Positions 12,707 through 26,961 are shown, counted from the first letter of the stretch. The stretch: 64,000 nt of DNA from Eledone cirrhosa (GCA_964016885.1 OZ024752.1:42594001-42658000), one strand, 5' to 3'. Numbers and translations: made by a program. Notes: generated by a model not told the origin, from the sequence alone.

Positions 12707-13246
12707 TCATATTGTATATAATTTATATCTATCTATCTAGGGCAGGTAAAATTCCCAAGATCCATGAACGAGTTCTCTGTCCCTCATTATCACTGCCATG
12801 TCCTGTGTCTCCAAGAGACCAGTGTCTGTCCTTAGGGCATCAACATATGTTCATGCAGGGGCTCCCACAGGAGCACTGAGTGCAGTGTCAACTCTGGGTG
12901 TCGGTGAGCATGTCCAGCCAACCTCAGTCTCCTCTGTGTCACTTTTGAGCTGACTTTTGGGAGGCTCCCGTACAGCTCTGAGTTCTTCATCCTCAGTATA
13001 ATTTATATGTGAGTTCATATACAGAACTATTTGGCTGTCAAGAACAACCATCCATCATGCCATAAAAAATATGAATCCAAAGTCAGAATTTATTTTTTCA
13101 TACACTTTATTTACAAAGGTACAGAATGTTGAAAGTATTTTATTAACGAAAATAAAAATAATTTAGTCCAAAAAGCATTCAGCTTCAGATGAAATGACCT
13201 AAAATAAAAGAAGGGAGGGGAATTTAAAAGCAACTGAAGCCTAGAG

Positions 13247-13289
<43 letters not shown>

Positions 13290-13479
13290 TACACACATAT
13301 ATATATATATTATATTATATTGCAGTATATTACATTACAGCATATTGGATTATTTTATAGATTCTATAACAACACATTATCAACATACTCAAAATAATTT
13401 TAGGAGCAAATTTTTAAGCATGTTATAGATTATGTAAGAGGGCTGGCTGTAGTAATCCTGTACTATTATTGTGTAATAT

Positions 13480-15330
13480 AGACCATAGACAATTACTGTA
13501 GTAATCTTGTACTGTAGTGTGATATAGACTATGGAAAGGTACTGGAGTATTCTTGTACTGTAGTGGGATATAGACTATGGAAAAGTACTGGAGTAATCTT
13601 GTACTGTAGTGGGATATAGACTATGGAAAGGTACTGGAGTAATCTTGTACTGTAGTGTGATATAGACTATGGAAAAGTAGTGGAGTAATCTTGTACTGTA
13701 GTGTGATATAGACTATGGAAAAGTAGTGGAGTAATCTTGTACTGTAGTGTGATATAGACTATGGAAAAGTAGTGGAGTAATCTTGTACTGTAGTGTGATA
13801 TAGACTATGGAAAGGTACTGGAGTAATCTTGTACTGTAGTGTGATATAGACTATGGAAAAGTACTGGAGTAATCTTGTACTGTAGTGTGATATAGACTAT
13901 GGAAAAGTAGTGGAGTAATCTTGTACTGTAGTGTGATATAGACTATGGAAAAGTAGTGGAGTAATCTTGTACTGTAGTGTGATATAGACTATGGAAAAGT
14001 ACTGGAGTAATCTTGTACTGTAGTGTGATATAGACTATGGAAAAGTAGTGGAGTAATCTTGTACTGTAGTGTGATATAGACTATGGAAAAGTAGTGGAGT
14101 AATCTTGTACTGTAGTGTGATATAGACTATGGAAAAGTACTGGAGTAATCTTGTACTGTAGTGTGATATAGACTATGGAAAAGTAGTGGAGTAATCTTGT
14201 ACTGTAGTGTGATATAGACTATGGAAAAGTAGTGGAGTAATCTTGTACTGTAGTGTGATATAGACTATGGAAAAGTACTGGAGTAATCTTGTACTGTAGT
14301 GTGATATAGACTATGGAAAAGTAGTGGAGTAATCTTGTACTGTAGTGTGATATAGACTATGGAAAGGTACTGGAGTAATCTTGTACTGTAGTGGAATATA
14401 GACTATGGAAAGGTACTGGAGTATTCTTGTACTGTAGTGGGATATAGACTATGGAAAGGTACTGGAGTAATCTTGTACTGTAGTGTGATATAGACTATGG
14501 AAAAGTACTGGAGTAATCTTGTACTGTAGTGTGATATAGACTATGGAAAAGTAGTGGAGTAATCTTGTACTGTAGTGTGATATAGACTATGGAAAGGTAC
14601 TGGAGTAATCTTGTACTGTAGTGGAATATAGACTATGGAAAGGTACTGGAGTATTCTTGTACTGTAGTGGGATATAGACTATGGAAAAGTACTGTAGTGG
14701 GATATAGACTATGGAAAGGTACTGGAGTATTCTTGTACTGTAGTGTGATATAGACTATGGAAAGGTACTGGAGTATTCTTGTACTGTAGTGTGATATAGA
14801 CTATGGAAAGGTACTGGAGTATTCTTGTACTGTAGTGTGATATAGACTATGGAAAGGTACTGGAGTAATCTTGTACTGTAGTGGGATATAGACTATGGAA
14901 AGGTACTGGAGTAATCTTGTACTGTAGTGTGATATAGACTATGGAAAGGTACTGGAGTAATCTTGTACTGTAGTGGGATATAGACTATGGAAAGGTACTG
15001 GAGTATTCTTGTACTGTAGTGTGATATAGACTATGGAAAGGTACTGGAGTATTCTTGTACTGTAGTGGGATATAGACTATGGAAAGGTACTGGAGTATTC
15101 TTGTACTGTAGTGTGATATAGACTATGGAAAGGTACTGGAGTAATCTTGTATTGTGTGATATAAACTATGGAAAAGTACTGTAGTAATCCTGTACTGTAG
15201 TGGGATATAGACTATGGAAAAGTACTGGAGTAATCTTGTATTGTGTGATATAAACTATGGAAAAGTACTGTAGTAATCCTGTACTATTTTGTGATATAGA
15301 CTATGGCAAAGTACTATAGTAAAACTGTAT
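13480..15330. repeat. 46-bp minisatellite, about 40 copies
   Basis: Unit GTACTGGAGTAATCTTGTACTGTAGTGTGATATAGACTATGGAAAA. Confidence 0.96.
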
Positions 15331-15463
15331 TATTGTGAAACTTAAATGAATATAAGTGACATTGAATATTTACAGCACAGCAGTAAAGTTGTTAACGATT
15401 TTAAAATAATGAAGTTTATATTTTTTATAAAAATAATCATTTCTATTACCATCCTACGATTAT

Positions 15464-15498
<35 letters not shown>

Positions 15499-16580
15499 CA
15501 CATATGTATATCACAATAGTAGTGTAGGAGTCTGATTATTATTGTAAAAACAACCAACCAACAAATGGTAGTTCAAGATACCTTTTATATAAGTCACTCT
15601 TTTTACACAAATAACCACTACCCATGTACAGACTCATAACTGCTCATGCATGTACTAATTTTCTTAACCATTTATGCATGCATTTGTACACGTGCATAAC
15701 CACCCTCACATGCATAACCGTGCACAAAAGTTTACCCCATCCTCAGATATGTGCACACACGCATAACTACCCTCACGTACACACACACACATAACCATAC
15801 ATGCAACCATCCTCAGCTATGTGTACACATGCATAACCATGCACATAAGCACATCAATCCTCAGCTATGTGCACATATGCATAACTGCTCTAACATGCAC
15901 ACATGCATAACCATGCACATAAGCTTACCCCATCCTCATATATGCACACATGCATAACCACCCTCACATGCATATAAGCTTAACCATCTTAAGATATGTG
16001 CACACATGCATAACCACCCTCACATGTATGTGTACAACCTTGAGTCATCAGTCACATATGCAGTAATTCATATACAAAAGAATACAAAAATGTGCACTAT
16101 TGTTTATTACTATTATTATCATTGAGGTGAGCAGATTAACACCGGGATGTACGCCACTACTTCCACAAAACTCATGGGGACCCTCATGGACAAACAAATA
16201 TAAATTTACTTTTGCATATTGCAACGTGTGTGTTTTTGGTTTAGATTAGACAGTGTATTCCTGCAACTGAATGGGTTAGTGCCAGGAAATGGAATCCAGC
16301 AGTAAAACACCACCCCCTAAAGGAGCCCACGATGAGCAGAGCCATAAAGAACTGCTTTAAAAAATTAAAAAATAAAAAATAAATAAAAAAAATTAAAATG
16401 GTTCCCATTATGAGTATGAATCCTTCCATGGGACCCAGCAAGGCTAATCCCTACTTTAGCAGGGAAAGCAACCTTTGATACACTATGTTCCTGCAAGGTA
16501 TATGAGGCAACTAAAAGGGCATCCAACCATAAAACATGGACCACTAGACGTCAAACTATACCATGTTGTGCATCACTAGA

Positions 16581-17500
16581 TTAACCCTTTAGCATTCACA
16601 TTAGTCTATATTTACTATTATATTTTCATGGTAAAGGCTTTATCTCATATAATATTGAATCTGAGATTTAGATATTACTTATGTTGAAAATAATACCTCA
16701 ACATCAGTTTGTGCAGCTGATTTGAACAAAAAGAGGTGAAAGAATTATGGCCAGATATGGCTGGTTTAACCCTTTAGTATTTACTCTATATATACTATTA
16801 TATTTTCATGGTAAAGGCTTTATCTCATATAATATTGAATCTGAGATTTAGATATTACTTATGTTGAAAATAATACCTCAACATCAGTTTGTGCAGCTGA
16901 TTTGAACAAAAAGAGGTGAAAGAATTATGGCCAGATATGGCTGGTTTAACCCTTTAGTATTTACTCTATATATACTATTATATTTTCATGGTAAAGGCTT
17001 TATCTCATATAATATTGAATCTGAGATTTAGATATTACTTATGTTGAAAATAATACCTCAACATCAGTTTGTGCAGCTGATTTGAACAAAAAGAGGTGAA
17101 AGAATTATGGCCAGATATGGCTGGTTTAACCCTTTAGTATTTACTCTATATATACTATTATATTTTCATGGTAAAGGCTTTATCTCATATAATATTGAAT
17201 CTGAGATTTAGATATTACTTATGTTGAAAATAATACCTCAACATCAGTTTGTGCAGCTGATTTGAACAAAAAGAGGTGAAAGAATTATGGCCAGATATGG
17301 CTGGTTTAACCCTTTAGTATTTACTCTATATATACTATTATATTTTCATGGTAAACAGTTTATTTCACACAATTATCTCACATAATATTGAATCTATGAG
17401 ATTTTGATATTATTTATTTTGAGAACAGTACCTTAATATCAGTATGAGCGGCTAGTTGCGACCAGTTTGAACAGAAAGAGGTGAGACAATTCTGGCCAGA
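16581..17500 (+). mobile_element. TTAA/CCCT MITE copy with a 180-bp internal tandem amplification (about 4.3 units); right TIR missing
   Basis: Starts TTAACCCTTTAGCATT; lines 16741, 16921, 17101 and 17281 are identical (period 180). Confidence 0.85.
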
Positions 17501-17631
17501 TGTAATAGTTGTACTCTCTATTATAAGCAAATGGGGGCTTATGTGCTGGCACCCCACAGACAGAATAGCGAAGGCATTTCCCCAGAGGATGGTGAGGGAG
17601 ACATGTTGGTAGAGCCATTCCAGCTCTGTGC

Positions 17632-20600
17632 TGAGTAGGGAGGTAGTCTTAGGGCCAAGGACAGCAGAAGCTGATGGTGGTGAGTAGGGAGGTAGTCATA
17701 GAGCCAAGGGCACCAGAAGCTGATGGTGATGAGTAGGGAGGTAGTCTTAGGGCCAAGGGCACCAGAAGCTGATGGTGATGAGTAGGGAGGCAGTCTTAGG
17801 GCCAAGGGCACCAGAAGCTGATGGTGATGAGTAGGGAGGCAGTCTTAGGGCCAAGGACACCAGAAGCTGATGGTGATGAGTAGGGAGGTAGTCTTAGGGC
17901 CAAGGGCACCAGAAGCTGATGGTGATGAGTAGGGAGGTAGTCTTAGGGCCAAGGACACCAGAAGCTGATGGTGATGAGTAGGGAGGTAGTCTTAGGGCCA
18001 AGGACAGCAGAAGCTGATGGTGATGAGTAGGGAGGCAGTCTTAGGGCCAAGGGCACCAGAAGCTGATGGTGATGAGTAGGGAGGCAGTCTTAGGGCCAAG
18101 GACACCAGAAGCTGATGGTGATGAGTAGGGAGGTAGTCTTAGGGCCAAGGACAGCAGAAGCTGATGGTGGTGAGTAGGGAGGTAGTCTTAGGGCCAAGGG
18201 CACCAGAAGCTGATGGTGGTGAGTAGGGAGGCAGTCTTAGGGCCAAGGGCACCAGAAGCTGATGGTGATGAGTAGGGAGGTAGTCTTAGGGCCAAGGGCA
18301 CCAGAAGCTGATGGTGATGAGTAGGGAGGTAGTCTTAGGGCCAAGGACAGCAGAAGCTGATGGTGATGAGTAGGGAGGTAGTCTTAGGGCCAAGGGCACC
18401 AGAAGCTGATGGTGATGAGTAGGGAGGTAGTCTTAGGGCCAAGGGCACCAGAAGCTGATGGTGATGAGTAGGGAGGTAGTCTTAGGGCCAAGGACAGCAG
18501 AAGCTGATGGTGATGAGTAGGGAGGTAGTCTTAGGGCCAAGGACAGCAGAAGCTGATGGTGATGAGTAGGGAGGTAGTCTTAGGGCCAAGGACAGCAGAA
18601 GCTGATGGTGATGAGTAGGGAGGTAGTCTTAGGGCCAAGGACAGCAGAAGCTGATGGTGATGAGTAGGGAGGTAGTCTTAGGGCCAAGGACACCAGAAGC
18701 TGATGGTGATGAGTAGGGAGGTAGTCTTAGGGCCAAGGGCACCAGAAGCTGATGGTGATGAGTAGGGAGGTAGTCTTAGGGCCAAGGGCACCAGAAGCTG
18801 ATGGTGATGAGTAGGGAGGTAGTCTTAGGGCCAAGGACAGCAGAAGCTGATGGTGATGAGTAGGGAGGTAGTCTTAGGGCCAAGGGCACCAGAAGCTGAT
18901 GGTGATGAGTAGGGAGGTAGTCTTAGGGCCAAGGGCACCAGAAGCTGATGGTGATGAGTAGGGAGGCAGTCTTAGGGCCAAGGACACCAGAAGCTGATGG
19001 TGATGAGTAGGGAGGTAGTCTTAGGGCCAAGGGCACCAGAAGCTGATGGTGATGAGTAGGGAGGTAGTCTTAGGGCCAAGGACACCAGAAGCTGATGGTG
19101 ATGAGTAGGGAGGTAGTCTTAGGGCCAAGGACAGCAGAAGCTGATGGTGATGAGTAGGGAGGCAGTCTTAGGGCCAAGGGCACCAGAAGCTGATGGTGAT
19201 GAGTAGGGAGGCAGTCTTAGGGCCAAGGACACCAGAAGCTGATGGTGGTGAGTAGGGAGGTAGTCTTAGGGCCAAGGACAGCAGAAGCTGATGGTGATGA
19301 GTAGGGAGGTAGTCTTAGGGCCAAGGGCACCAGAAGCTGATGGTGATGAGTAGGGAGGCAGTCTTAGGGCCAAGGACACCAGAAGCTGATGGTGATGAGT
19401 AGGGAGGTAGTCTTAGGGCCAAGGACAGCAGAAGCTGATGGTGGTGAGTAGGGAGGTAGTCTTAGGGCCAAGGACAGCAGAAGCTGATGGTGGTGAGTAG
19501 GGAGGTAGTCTTAGGGCCAAGGGCACCAGAAGCTGATGGTGGTGAGTAGGGAGGCAGTCTTAGGGCCAAGGGCACCAGAAGCTGATGGTGATGAGTAGGG
19601 AGGTAGTCTTAGGGCCAAGGACACCAGAAGCTGATGGTGATGAGTAGGGAGGTAGTCTTAGGGCCAAGGACAGCAGAAGCTGATGGTGGTGAGTAGGGAG
19701 GTAGTCTTAGGGCCAAGGGCACCAGAAGCTGATGGTGGTGAGTAGGGAGGCAGTCTTAGGGCCAAGGGCACCAGAAGCTGATGGTGATGAGTAGGGAGGC
19801 AGTCTTAGGGCCAAGGGCACCAGAAGCTGATGGTGATGAGTAGGGAGGCAGTCTTAGGGCCAAGGACACCAGAAGCTGATGGTGATGAGTAGGGAGGTAG
19901 TCTTAGGGCCAAGGGCACCAGAAGCTGATGGTGATGAGTAGGGAGGCAGTCTTAGGGCCAAGGACACCAGAAGCTGATGGTGATGAGTAGGGAGGTAGTC
20001 TTAGGGCCAAGGGCACCAGAAGCTGATGGTGATGAGTAGGGAGGCAGTCTTAGGGCCAAGGCCACCAGAAGCTGATGGTGATGAGTAGGGAGGTAGTCTT
20101 AGGGCCAAGGGCACCAGAAGCTGATGGTGATGAGTAGGGAGGTAGTCTTAGGGCCAAGGGCACCAGAAGCTGATGGTGATGAGTAGGGAGGCAGTCTTAG
20201 GGCCAAGGACACCAGAAGCTGATGGTGATGAGTAGGGAGGTAGTCTTAGGGCCAAGGGCACCAGAAGCTGATGGTGGTGAGTAGGGAGGTAGTCTTAGGG
20301 CCAAGGGCACCAGAAGCTGATGGTGATGAGTAGGGAGGTAGTCTTAGGGCCAAGGGCACCAGAAGCTGATGGTGGTGAGTAGGGAGGTAGTCTTAGGGCC
20401 AAGGACAGCAGAAGCTGATGGTGGTGAGTAGGGAGGTAGTCTTAGGGCCAAGGACAGCAGAAGCTGATGGTGATGAGTAGGGAGGCAGTCTTAGGGCCAA
20501 GGGCACCAGAAGCTGATGGTGATGAGTAGGGAGGTAGTCTTAGGGCCAAGGACAGCAGAAGCTGATGGTGGTGAGTAGGGAGGTAGTCTTAGGGCCAAGG

Positions 20601-20807
20601 ACAGCAGAAGCTGATGTTGATGAGTAGGGAGGCAGTCTTAGGGCCAAGGGCACCAGAAGCTGATGGTGATGAGTAGGGAGGTAGTCTTAGGGCCAAGGAC
20701 ACCAGAAGCTGATGGTGGTGAGTAGGGAGGCAGTCTTAGGGCCAAGGGCACCAGAAGCTGATGGTGATGAGTAGGGAGGTAGTCTTAGGGCCAAGGACAC
20801 CAGAAGC
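17632..20807. repeat. 49-bp G-rich minisatellite, about 65 copies
   Basis: Unit GAGTAGGGAGGTAGTCTTAGGGCCAAGGGCACCAGAAGCTGATGGTGAT. Confidence 0.97.
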
Positions 20808-21240
20808 AAGAAATTAAACTATGAATATCTTGTATGCTGTGTTATTTGATATTGCTGGACTGTATGGTTAAGGAATTCACTTTGGAACCAGATGGATTTG
20901 GGTTCAGTCCCATTGCATGATAACTTAGGCAAATGTCTTCGACTATAGCCCGGGGTCTACCAGTGCCTTCTAAGTAAATTTGACATACATATATATACAC
21001 ACACATACATGCATATATATATAAACAATTTGACATTTTTTTGCATTCATAAATGATTGTGTGTGTGTGTATATATATATATATTTATTAAAATAACAGA
21101 TTAAATTTTAAGCAAAGATTCTTTGCTTAAACTTTAATCTTATTTTAATAAATATTTGCTCTACAGTTTTTATATATATTTATATATATATTATCCTTAT
21201 CGAGCCCTCTTCGGATTTTAGTCTTCACATTTATTATTAT

Positions 21241-21277
<37 letters not shown>

Positions 21278-21574
21278 TTATATATACATTCATACATGGG
21301 GGAAAAAAGCTAGATTGAAGGAATAATGAGAAAACATAGCAAAAAAAATGAATAAAATCAAAAGACATAAAAAAGATAAATGTTTTTTTGTTTAATCTCA
21401 AAAATATGATATCTGGTTTATTCATACTGAATTGATTGATTATGAGAGGTAATAAAATACAGAGATCAATAAGTGTAGAAAATATTAAAGCAACACTTTG
21501 AAAAAATGATTGGAAAAATAGAAAAAAAAAAGAGAAACCAATGAAAATGCAGATGAAAATATAATAATGTTTGT

Positions 21575-21657
21575 ATATGTCTGTATATGTATATGAATGT
21601 GTATAAATGTATATATATAAGTATACATATATATATGTACATACATATATACGTAAA

Positions 21658-21708
<51 letters not shown>

Positions 21709-22120
21709 GTATGTACATACATATATACATGCGCATATACATATGTACATGTATAGATGTATACATATGTACATGTATACATATGTACATGTATACATAT
21801 GTACATGTATACATATGTACATGTATACATATATACATGTATACATATATACATGTATACATATATACATGTATACATATATACATGTATACATGTATAC
21901 ATGTATACATGTATACATGTATACATGTATACATATGTACATGCATATATACATATGTACATGTATACATATATATATACGTATGTACATGGATATATAC
22001 GCATATTCATATATATGTATGTAAATGCACATATGTATATACATATATATGTATGTACATACATATATACATATGTATGTACATACATATATATATACAT
22101 ATATATATGTATGTACATAT
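21575..22120. repeat. Compound TA/TACATG microsatellite
   Basis: Self-complementary TATACATG/ATATGTAC units. Confidence 0.9.
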
Positions 22121-22121
22121 A

Positions 22122-22278
22122 TACCGCATTTCCCAGCGTCTAAGACACTACTTTTTCCCTAAAATAAGTACCATGCGTCCGGGAGGCCGAAGGTTGTTTA
22201 TTATTTTTTTTTTTTTTTTTGGTTGTCAAAATTAGGGTACGTCCTCGAGGACGAAGTGTCTTTGGAACCGAGAAATAC
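22122..22278. mobile_element. Short TA-flanked MITE-like element (also 31822-31989)
   Basis: TACCG(C/T)ATTTCC... / ...AAATAC termini; two similar copies. Confidence 0.55.
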
Positions 22279-22723
22279 ATTATATAAAGTGTGTATATAC
22301 ATATTTACACATATATATATACATTATACACATACATATGTGAAAAAAAAAAAAATGTTAATAAAAATACAGAAAGATAAAACTTGTAACCATAGTAACA
22401 AAATAGAAAAGTATAAAACAGTCACATATTCGGCGTATATTTTTTTTTTTTTAAAGATTTTAACATAAAATTGTAAATATATAAATAAATTAATGATTTC
22501 AATTTAAAAAAAAAAGAAAAAACAATCTCAATGAGAATTATTTAAACCAAGGGTAAAAAATATTAGCAAAGATGCCCAGGGGTAATCGTGTATGTGTGTA
22601 ATTGTGGTTAGGTGTGTGTGTGTTGGCATAATTGTCAGTGAATGTGAGCCCTATAATCTGTTTGTTCATACATAATCCCGCATTTACATTACTGGGTTAT
22701 TCTAGAGCAGTGATTCTCAACCA

Positions 22724-24687
22724 GTGTGCCGCGAGATCTTCCTAAGTGTGCCGCGAGATCTTCCTAAGTGTGCCGCGAGATCTTCCTAAGTGTGCCGCGA
22801 GATCTTCCTAACTGTGCCGCGAGATCTTCCTAAGTGTGCCGCGAAATCTTCCTAAGTGTGCCGCGAAATCTTCCTAAGTGTGCCGCGAGATCTACCTAAG
22901 TGTGCCGCGAGATCTACCTAAGTGTGCCGCGAGATCTTCCTAAGTGTGCCGCGAAATCTTCCTAAGTGTGCCGCGAGATCTTCCTAAGTGTGCCGCGAGA
23001 TCTTCCTAAGTGTGCCGCGAGATCTACCTAAGTGTGCCGCGAGATCTACCTAAGTGTGCCGCGAGATCTTCCTAAGTGTGCCGCGAGATCTTCCTAAGTG
23101 TGCCGCGAGATCTTCCTAAGTGTGCCGCGAGATCTACCTAAGTGTGCCGCGAAATCTACCTAAGTGTGACGCGAGATCTACCTAAGTGTGCCGCGAGATC
23201 TTCCTAAGTGTGCCGCGAGATCTACCTAAGTGTGCCGCGAGATCTTCCTAAGTGTGCCGCGAGATCTTCCTAAGTGTGCCGCGAGATCTACCTAAGTGTG
23301 CCGCGAGATTTTCCTAAGTGTGCCGCGAGATCTTCCTAACTGTGCCGCGAGATCTTCCTAAGTGTGCCGCGAGATCTTCCTAAGTGTGCCGCGAAATCTA
23401 CCTAAGTGTGCCGCGAGATCTTCCTAAGTGTGCCGCGAAATCTACCTAAGTGTGACGCGAGATCTACCTAAGTGTGCCGCGAGATTTACCTAAGTGTGCC
23501 GCGAGATCTACCTAAGTGTGCCGCGAGATCTACCTAAGTGTGCCGCGAGATCTACCTAAGTGTGCCGCGAGATCTTCCTAAGTGTGCCGCGAGATCTTCC
23601 TAAGTGTGCCGCGAGATCTTCCTAAGTGTGCCGCGAGATCTTCCTAAGTGTGCCGCGAAATCTACCTAAGTGTGCCGCGAGATCTTCCTAAGTGTGCCGC
23701 GAGATCTACCTAAGTGTGCCGCGAGATCTACCTAAGTGTGCCGCGAGATCTTCCTAAGTGTGCCACGAAATCTACCTAAGTGTGACGCGAGATCTACCTA
23801 AGTGTGCCGCGAGATCTTCCTAAGTGTGCCGCGAAATCTTCCTAAGTGTGCCGCGAGATTTACCTAAGTGTGCCGCGAGATCTACCTAAGTGTGCCGCGA
23901 GATTTACCTAAGTGTGCCGCGAGATCTACCTAAGTGTGCCGCGAGATCTACCTAAGTGTGCCGCGAGATCTACCTAAGTGTGCCGCAAGATCTACCTAAG
24001 TGTGCCGCAAGATCTTCCTAAGTGTGCCGCGAGATCTTCCTAAGTGTGCCGCGAGATCTTCCTAAGTGTGCCGCAAGATCTTCCTAAGTGTGCCGCGAGA
24101 TCTTCCTAAGTGTGCCGCGAGATCTTCCTAAGTGTGCCGCGAGATCTACCTAAGTGTGCCGCGAGATCTTCCTAAGTGTGCCGCGAGATCTACCTAAGTG
24201 TGACGCAAGATCTACCTAAGTGTGCCGCGAGATCTTCCTAAGTGTGCCGCGAAATCTACCTAAGTGTGATGCGAGATCTACCTAAGTGTGCCGCGAGATC
24301 TTCCTAAGTGTGCCGCGAAATCTACCTAAGTGTGCCGCGAAATCTACCTAAGTGTGACGCGAGATCTACCTAAGTGTGCCGCGAGATCTTCCTAAGTGTG
24401 CCGCGAAATCTACCTAAGTGTGATGCGAGATCTACCTAAGTGTGCCGCGAGATCTTCCTAAGTGTGCCGCGAAATCTACCTAAGTGTGCCGCGAAATCTA
24501 CCTAAGTGTGACGCGAGATCTACCTAAGTGTTCCGCGAGATCTTCCTAAGTGTGCCGCAAGATCTTCCTAAGTGTGCCGCGAAATCTTCCTAAGTGTGCC
24601 GCGAAATCTTCCTAAGAGTGCCGCGAGATCTACCTAAGTGTGCCGCGAGATCTTCCTAAGTGTGCCGCGAGATCTTCCTAAGTGTGA
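22724..24687. repeat. 22-bp tandem repeat, about 89 copies
   Basis: Unit GTGTGCCGCGAGATCT(T/A)CCTAA. Confidence 0.97.
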
Positions 24688-24916
24688 CACAAAATTTTGA
24701 ATGGCACACTAAGAAAATGCGATGACGTACAACGGAAGAAGAAATGAGAGTGTGTCTGTCTCATATTCGACCAAACATTGAGGAAATTATGAATAAAAGC
24801 CAAGCATAAATTTCTCACTAAAGAAGCGAGCTATTTGACTGATGAAAGATGAAGCACTGCAATAAAGTAAGTTCATAGCTGTGTTTTTCTTGATTTAGTT
24901 TGAGTCATTCTATGTG

Positions 24917-25720
24917 TCTATGACTAGTCTATGTCTACAGTTGTATACCGTCTATCGCTAGTCTGTGTCTACAGTTGTATGCCGTCTATCACTAGCCTGT
25001 GTCTACAGTTGTATGCCGTCTATGACTAGTCTATGTCTACCGTCTATGAGTAGTCTATGTCTACGGTTGTATACCGTCTATCGCTAGTCTGTGTCTACAG
25101 TTGTATACCGTCTATCGCTAGTCTGTGTCTACAGTTGTATACCGTCTATGACTAGTCTATGTCTACCGTCTATGATTAGTCTATGTCTATGGTTGTATAC
25201 CGTCTATCGCTAGTCTGTGTCTACGGTTGTATACCGTCTATCGCTAGTCTGTGTCTACAGTTGTATACCGTCTATTGCTAGTCTGTGTCTACAGTTGTAT
25301 ACCGTCTATGACTAGTCTATGTCTACAGTTGTATGCTGTCTATGACTAGCCTATGTCTACGGTCGTATACCGTCTATGACTAGTCTATGTCTACAGTTGT
25401 ATACCGTCTATGACTAGTCTATGTCTACGGTTGTATACCGTCTATGACTAGCCTATGTCTACGGTTGTATACCGTCTATGACTAGCCTATGTCTACGGTT
25501 GTATACCGTCTATGACTAGCCTATGTCTACGGTTGTATACCGTCTATGACTAGTCTATGTCTACAGTTGTATGCTGTTTATGACTAGTCTATGTCTACGG
25601 TTGTATACCGTCTATGACTAGTCTATGTCTACAGTTGTATGCTGTCTATGACTAGCCTACGTCTACGGTTGTATACCGTCTATGACTAGCCTATGTCTAC
25701 GGTTGTATACCGTCTATGAC
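24917..25720. repeat. 34-bp tandem repeat, about 24 copies
   Basis: Unit CTATGACTAGTCTATGTCTACAGTTGTATACCGT. Confidence 0.93.
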
Positions 25721-26585
25721 TTGCCATGTTTTTATTTTGTAAAATTCAAATATTTTCCATATATATTTAGCCAGGTGTGCCGCTAGTTTTTCATGTGTTC
25801 CAATGTCTGCCGTTGGCAAAAAAATGTTGAGAACCACTGTCCTAGAGTATTCCAAGTAAGCCAGACTGATAGACAGACAAACCTATTTCCTGTACAGCCA
25901 CTCCACCCACTCCCCGCCATGCCTATACACTGTCTATCCAATGATTGGTTACAAGAATGGCTGAGTGGCGAAGAAGCTCACTTTGAAATCATGAGGTCCC
26001 TGATTTCAAACCTATTCAACCACATAACAGTGTGCCTGGGATGTTAATGATAATGAAGTGAACTTCCTAACCACTGGGATATGCTGCATACACATTTGCA
26101 GAGAGTTAAACTTTGTTCAGAATGCTTAGTAAATATACATACTTACACACACACATATATATATATATATAGACACATATATATATATATATATATATAC
26201 ATACATACATACATACACATATATACACATACATACATACACATATATACACACACACACACATACATATATATACACACACACATACATACACACACAC
26301 ACATATATATATACATACACACACACACACACATACATATATTATATATTTAATTAAATTTCAAGTAAAAATTATTTCTATAGAACTAGTACTGTTCTAT
26401 TTTGTTGTCTTCAACGCGGATTGAAATAAAATTAAGTACCTTACTTTAACTGTGTCTTATGGAAAACTAATTTATTTATACACATACACACAGTCCATAA
26501 AAGACTGTTTCATTAATATGTAATATAATTAACTGTTTTGGTCTTGTGCATTGTAATATATATATGTATATATATATATATATAT

Positions 26586-26890
26586 ATATCACATAAGAAA
26601 CGGAGAATCAGTGGTGCGACGAATAAGATTTATTAGACATATTACAATCGTTTCTCTGGCAACCAGCTTGAGGCACGATCGATGCAATGATCAAACCTGA
26701 CTCTGAAATCGCAAGATCCTCAGATATGTCTCGATTCTTCGAAGCAGAGTTTCCAAATAAATCTTATTCGTCGCACCACTGATTCTCCGTTTCTTATGTG
26801 ATATTATACTCTGCTCTGTAAGAGCATCGAGTGCTCAAACGGCCTTCCGTTTACGGACGCATTAAGCATCCCACACCAATTTTATATATA
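26586..26890. mobile_element. Fold-back hammerhead element in (TA)n
   Basis: About 48-bp perfect inverted repeats (26586-26633 / 26757-26804) flanking a hammerhead; tail contains ACTC..CATCGAGTGCTC. Confidence 0.7.
26635..26731 (-). ncRNA. Minimal type-I hammerhead ribozyme motif
   Basis: Minus strand: AGACATAT-CTGAGGA-TCT..(long loop)..AGA-GAAA-CGATTG-TA-ATATGTCT, a perfect 8-bp stem I, immediately followed by AATAAA. Confidence 0.82.
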
Positions 26891-26961
26891 TTCTCTTTTA
26901 CTCTTTTACCTGTTTCAGCCATCCGGCTGAGGCCATGCTGGGGCACCGCATATATATATAA

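Larger units (their letters stand above)
22708..25839. mobile_element. Non-autonomous hAT-type DNA element inflated by two satellites
   Basis: TIRs CAGTGATTCTCAAC / GTTGAGAACCACTG; near-identical 8-bp TSD TTCTAGAG (22700) / TCCTAGAG (25840), typical of Charlie/Buster-like hATs. Confidence 0.85.

Noticed and set aside
17632-20807. Interstitial telomere
   Set aside because: Only one TTAGGG per 49-bp unit, not tandem telomeric repeats.
21243-22235. YI/CV/HT-rich ORFs (also about 26100, 30900, 32650, 38445, 57030, 60200)
   Set aside because: Translations of dinucleotide microsatellites.
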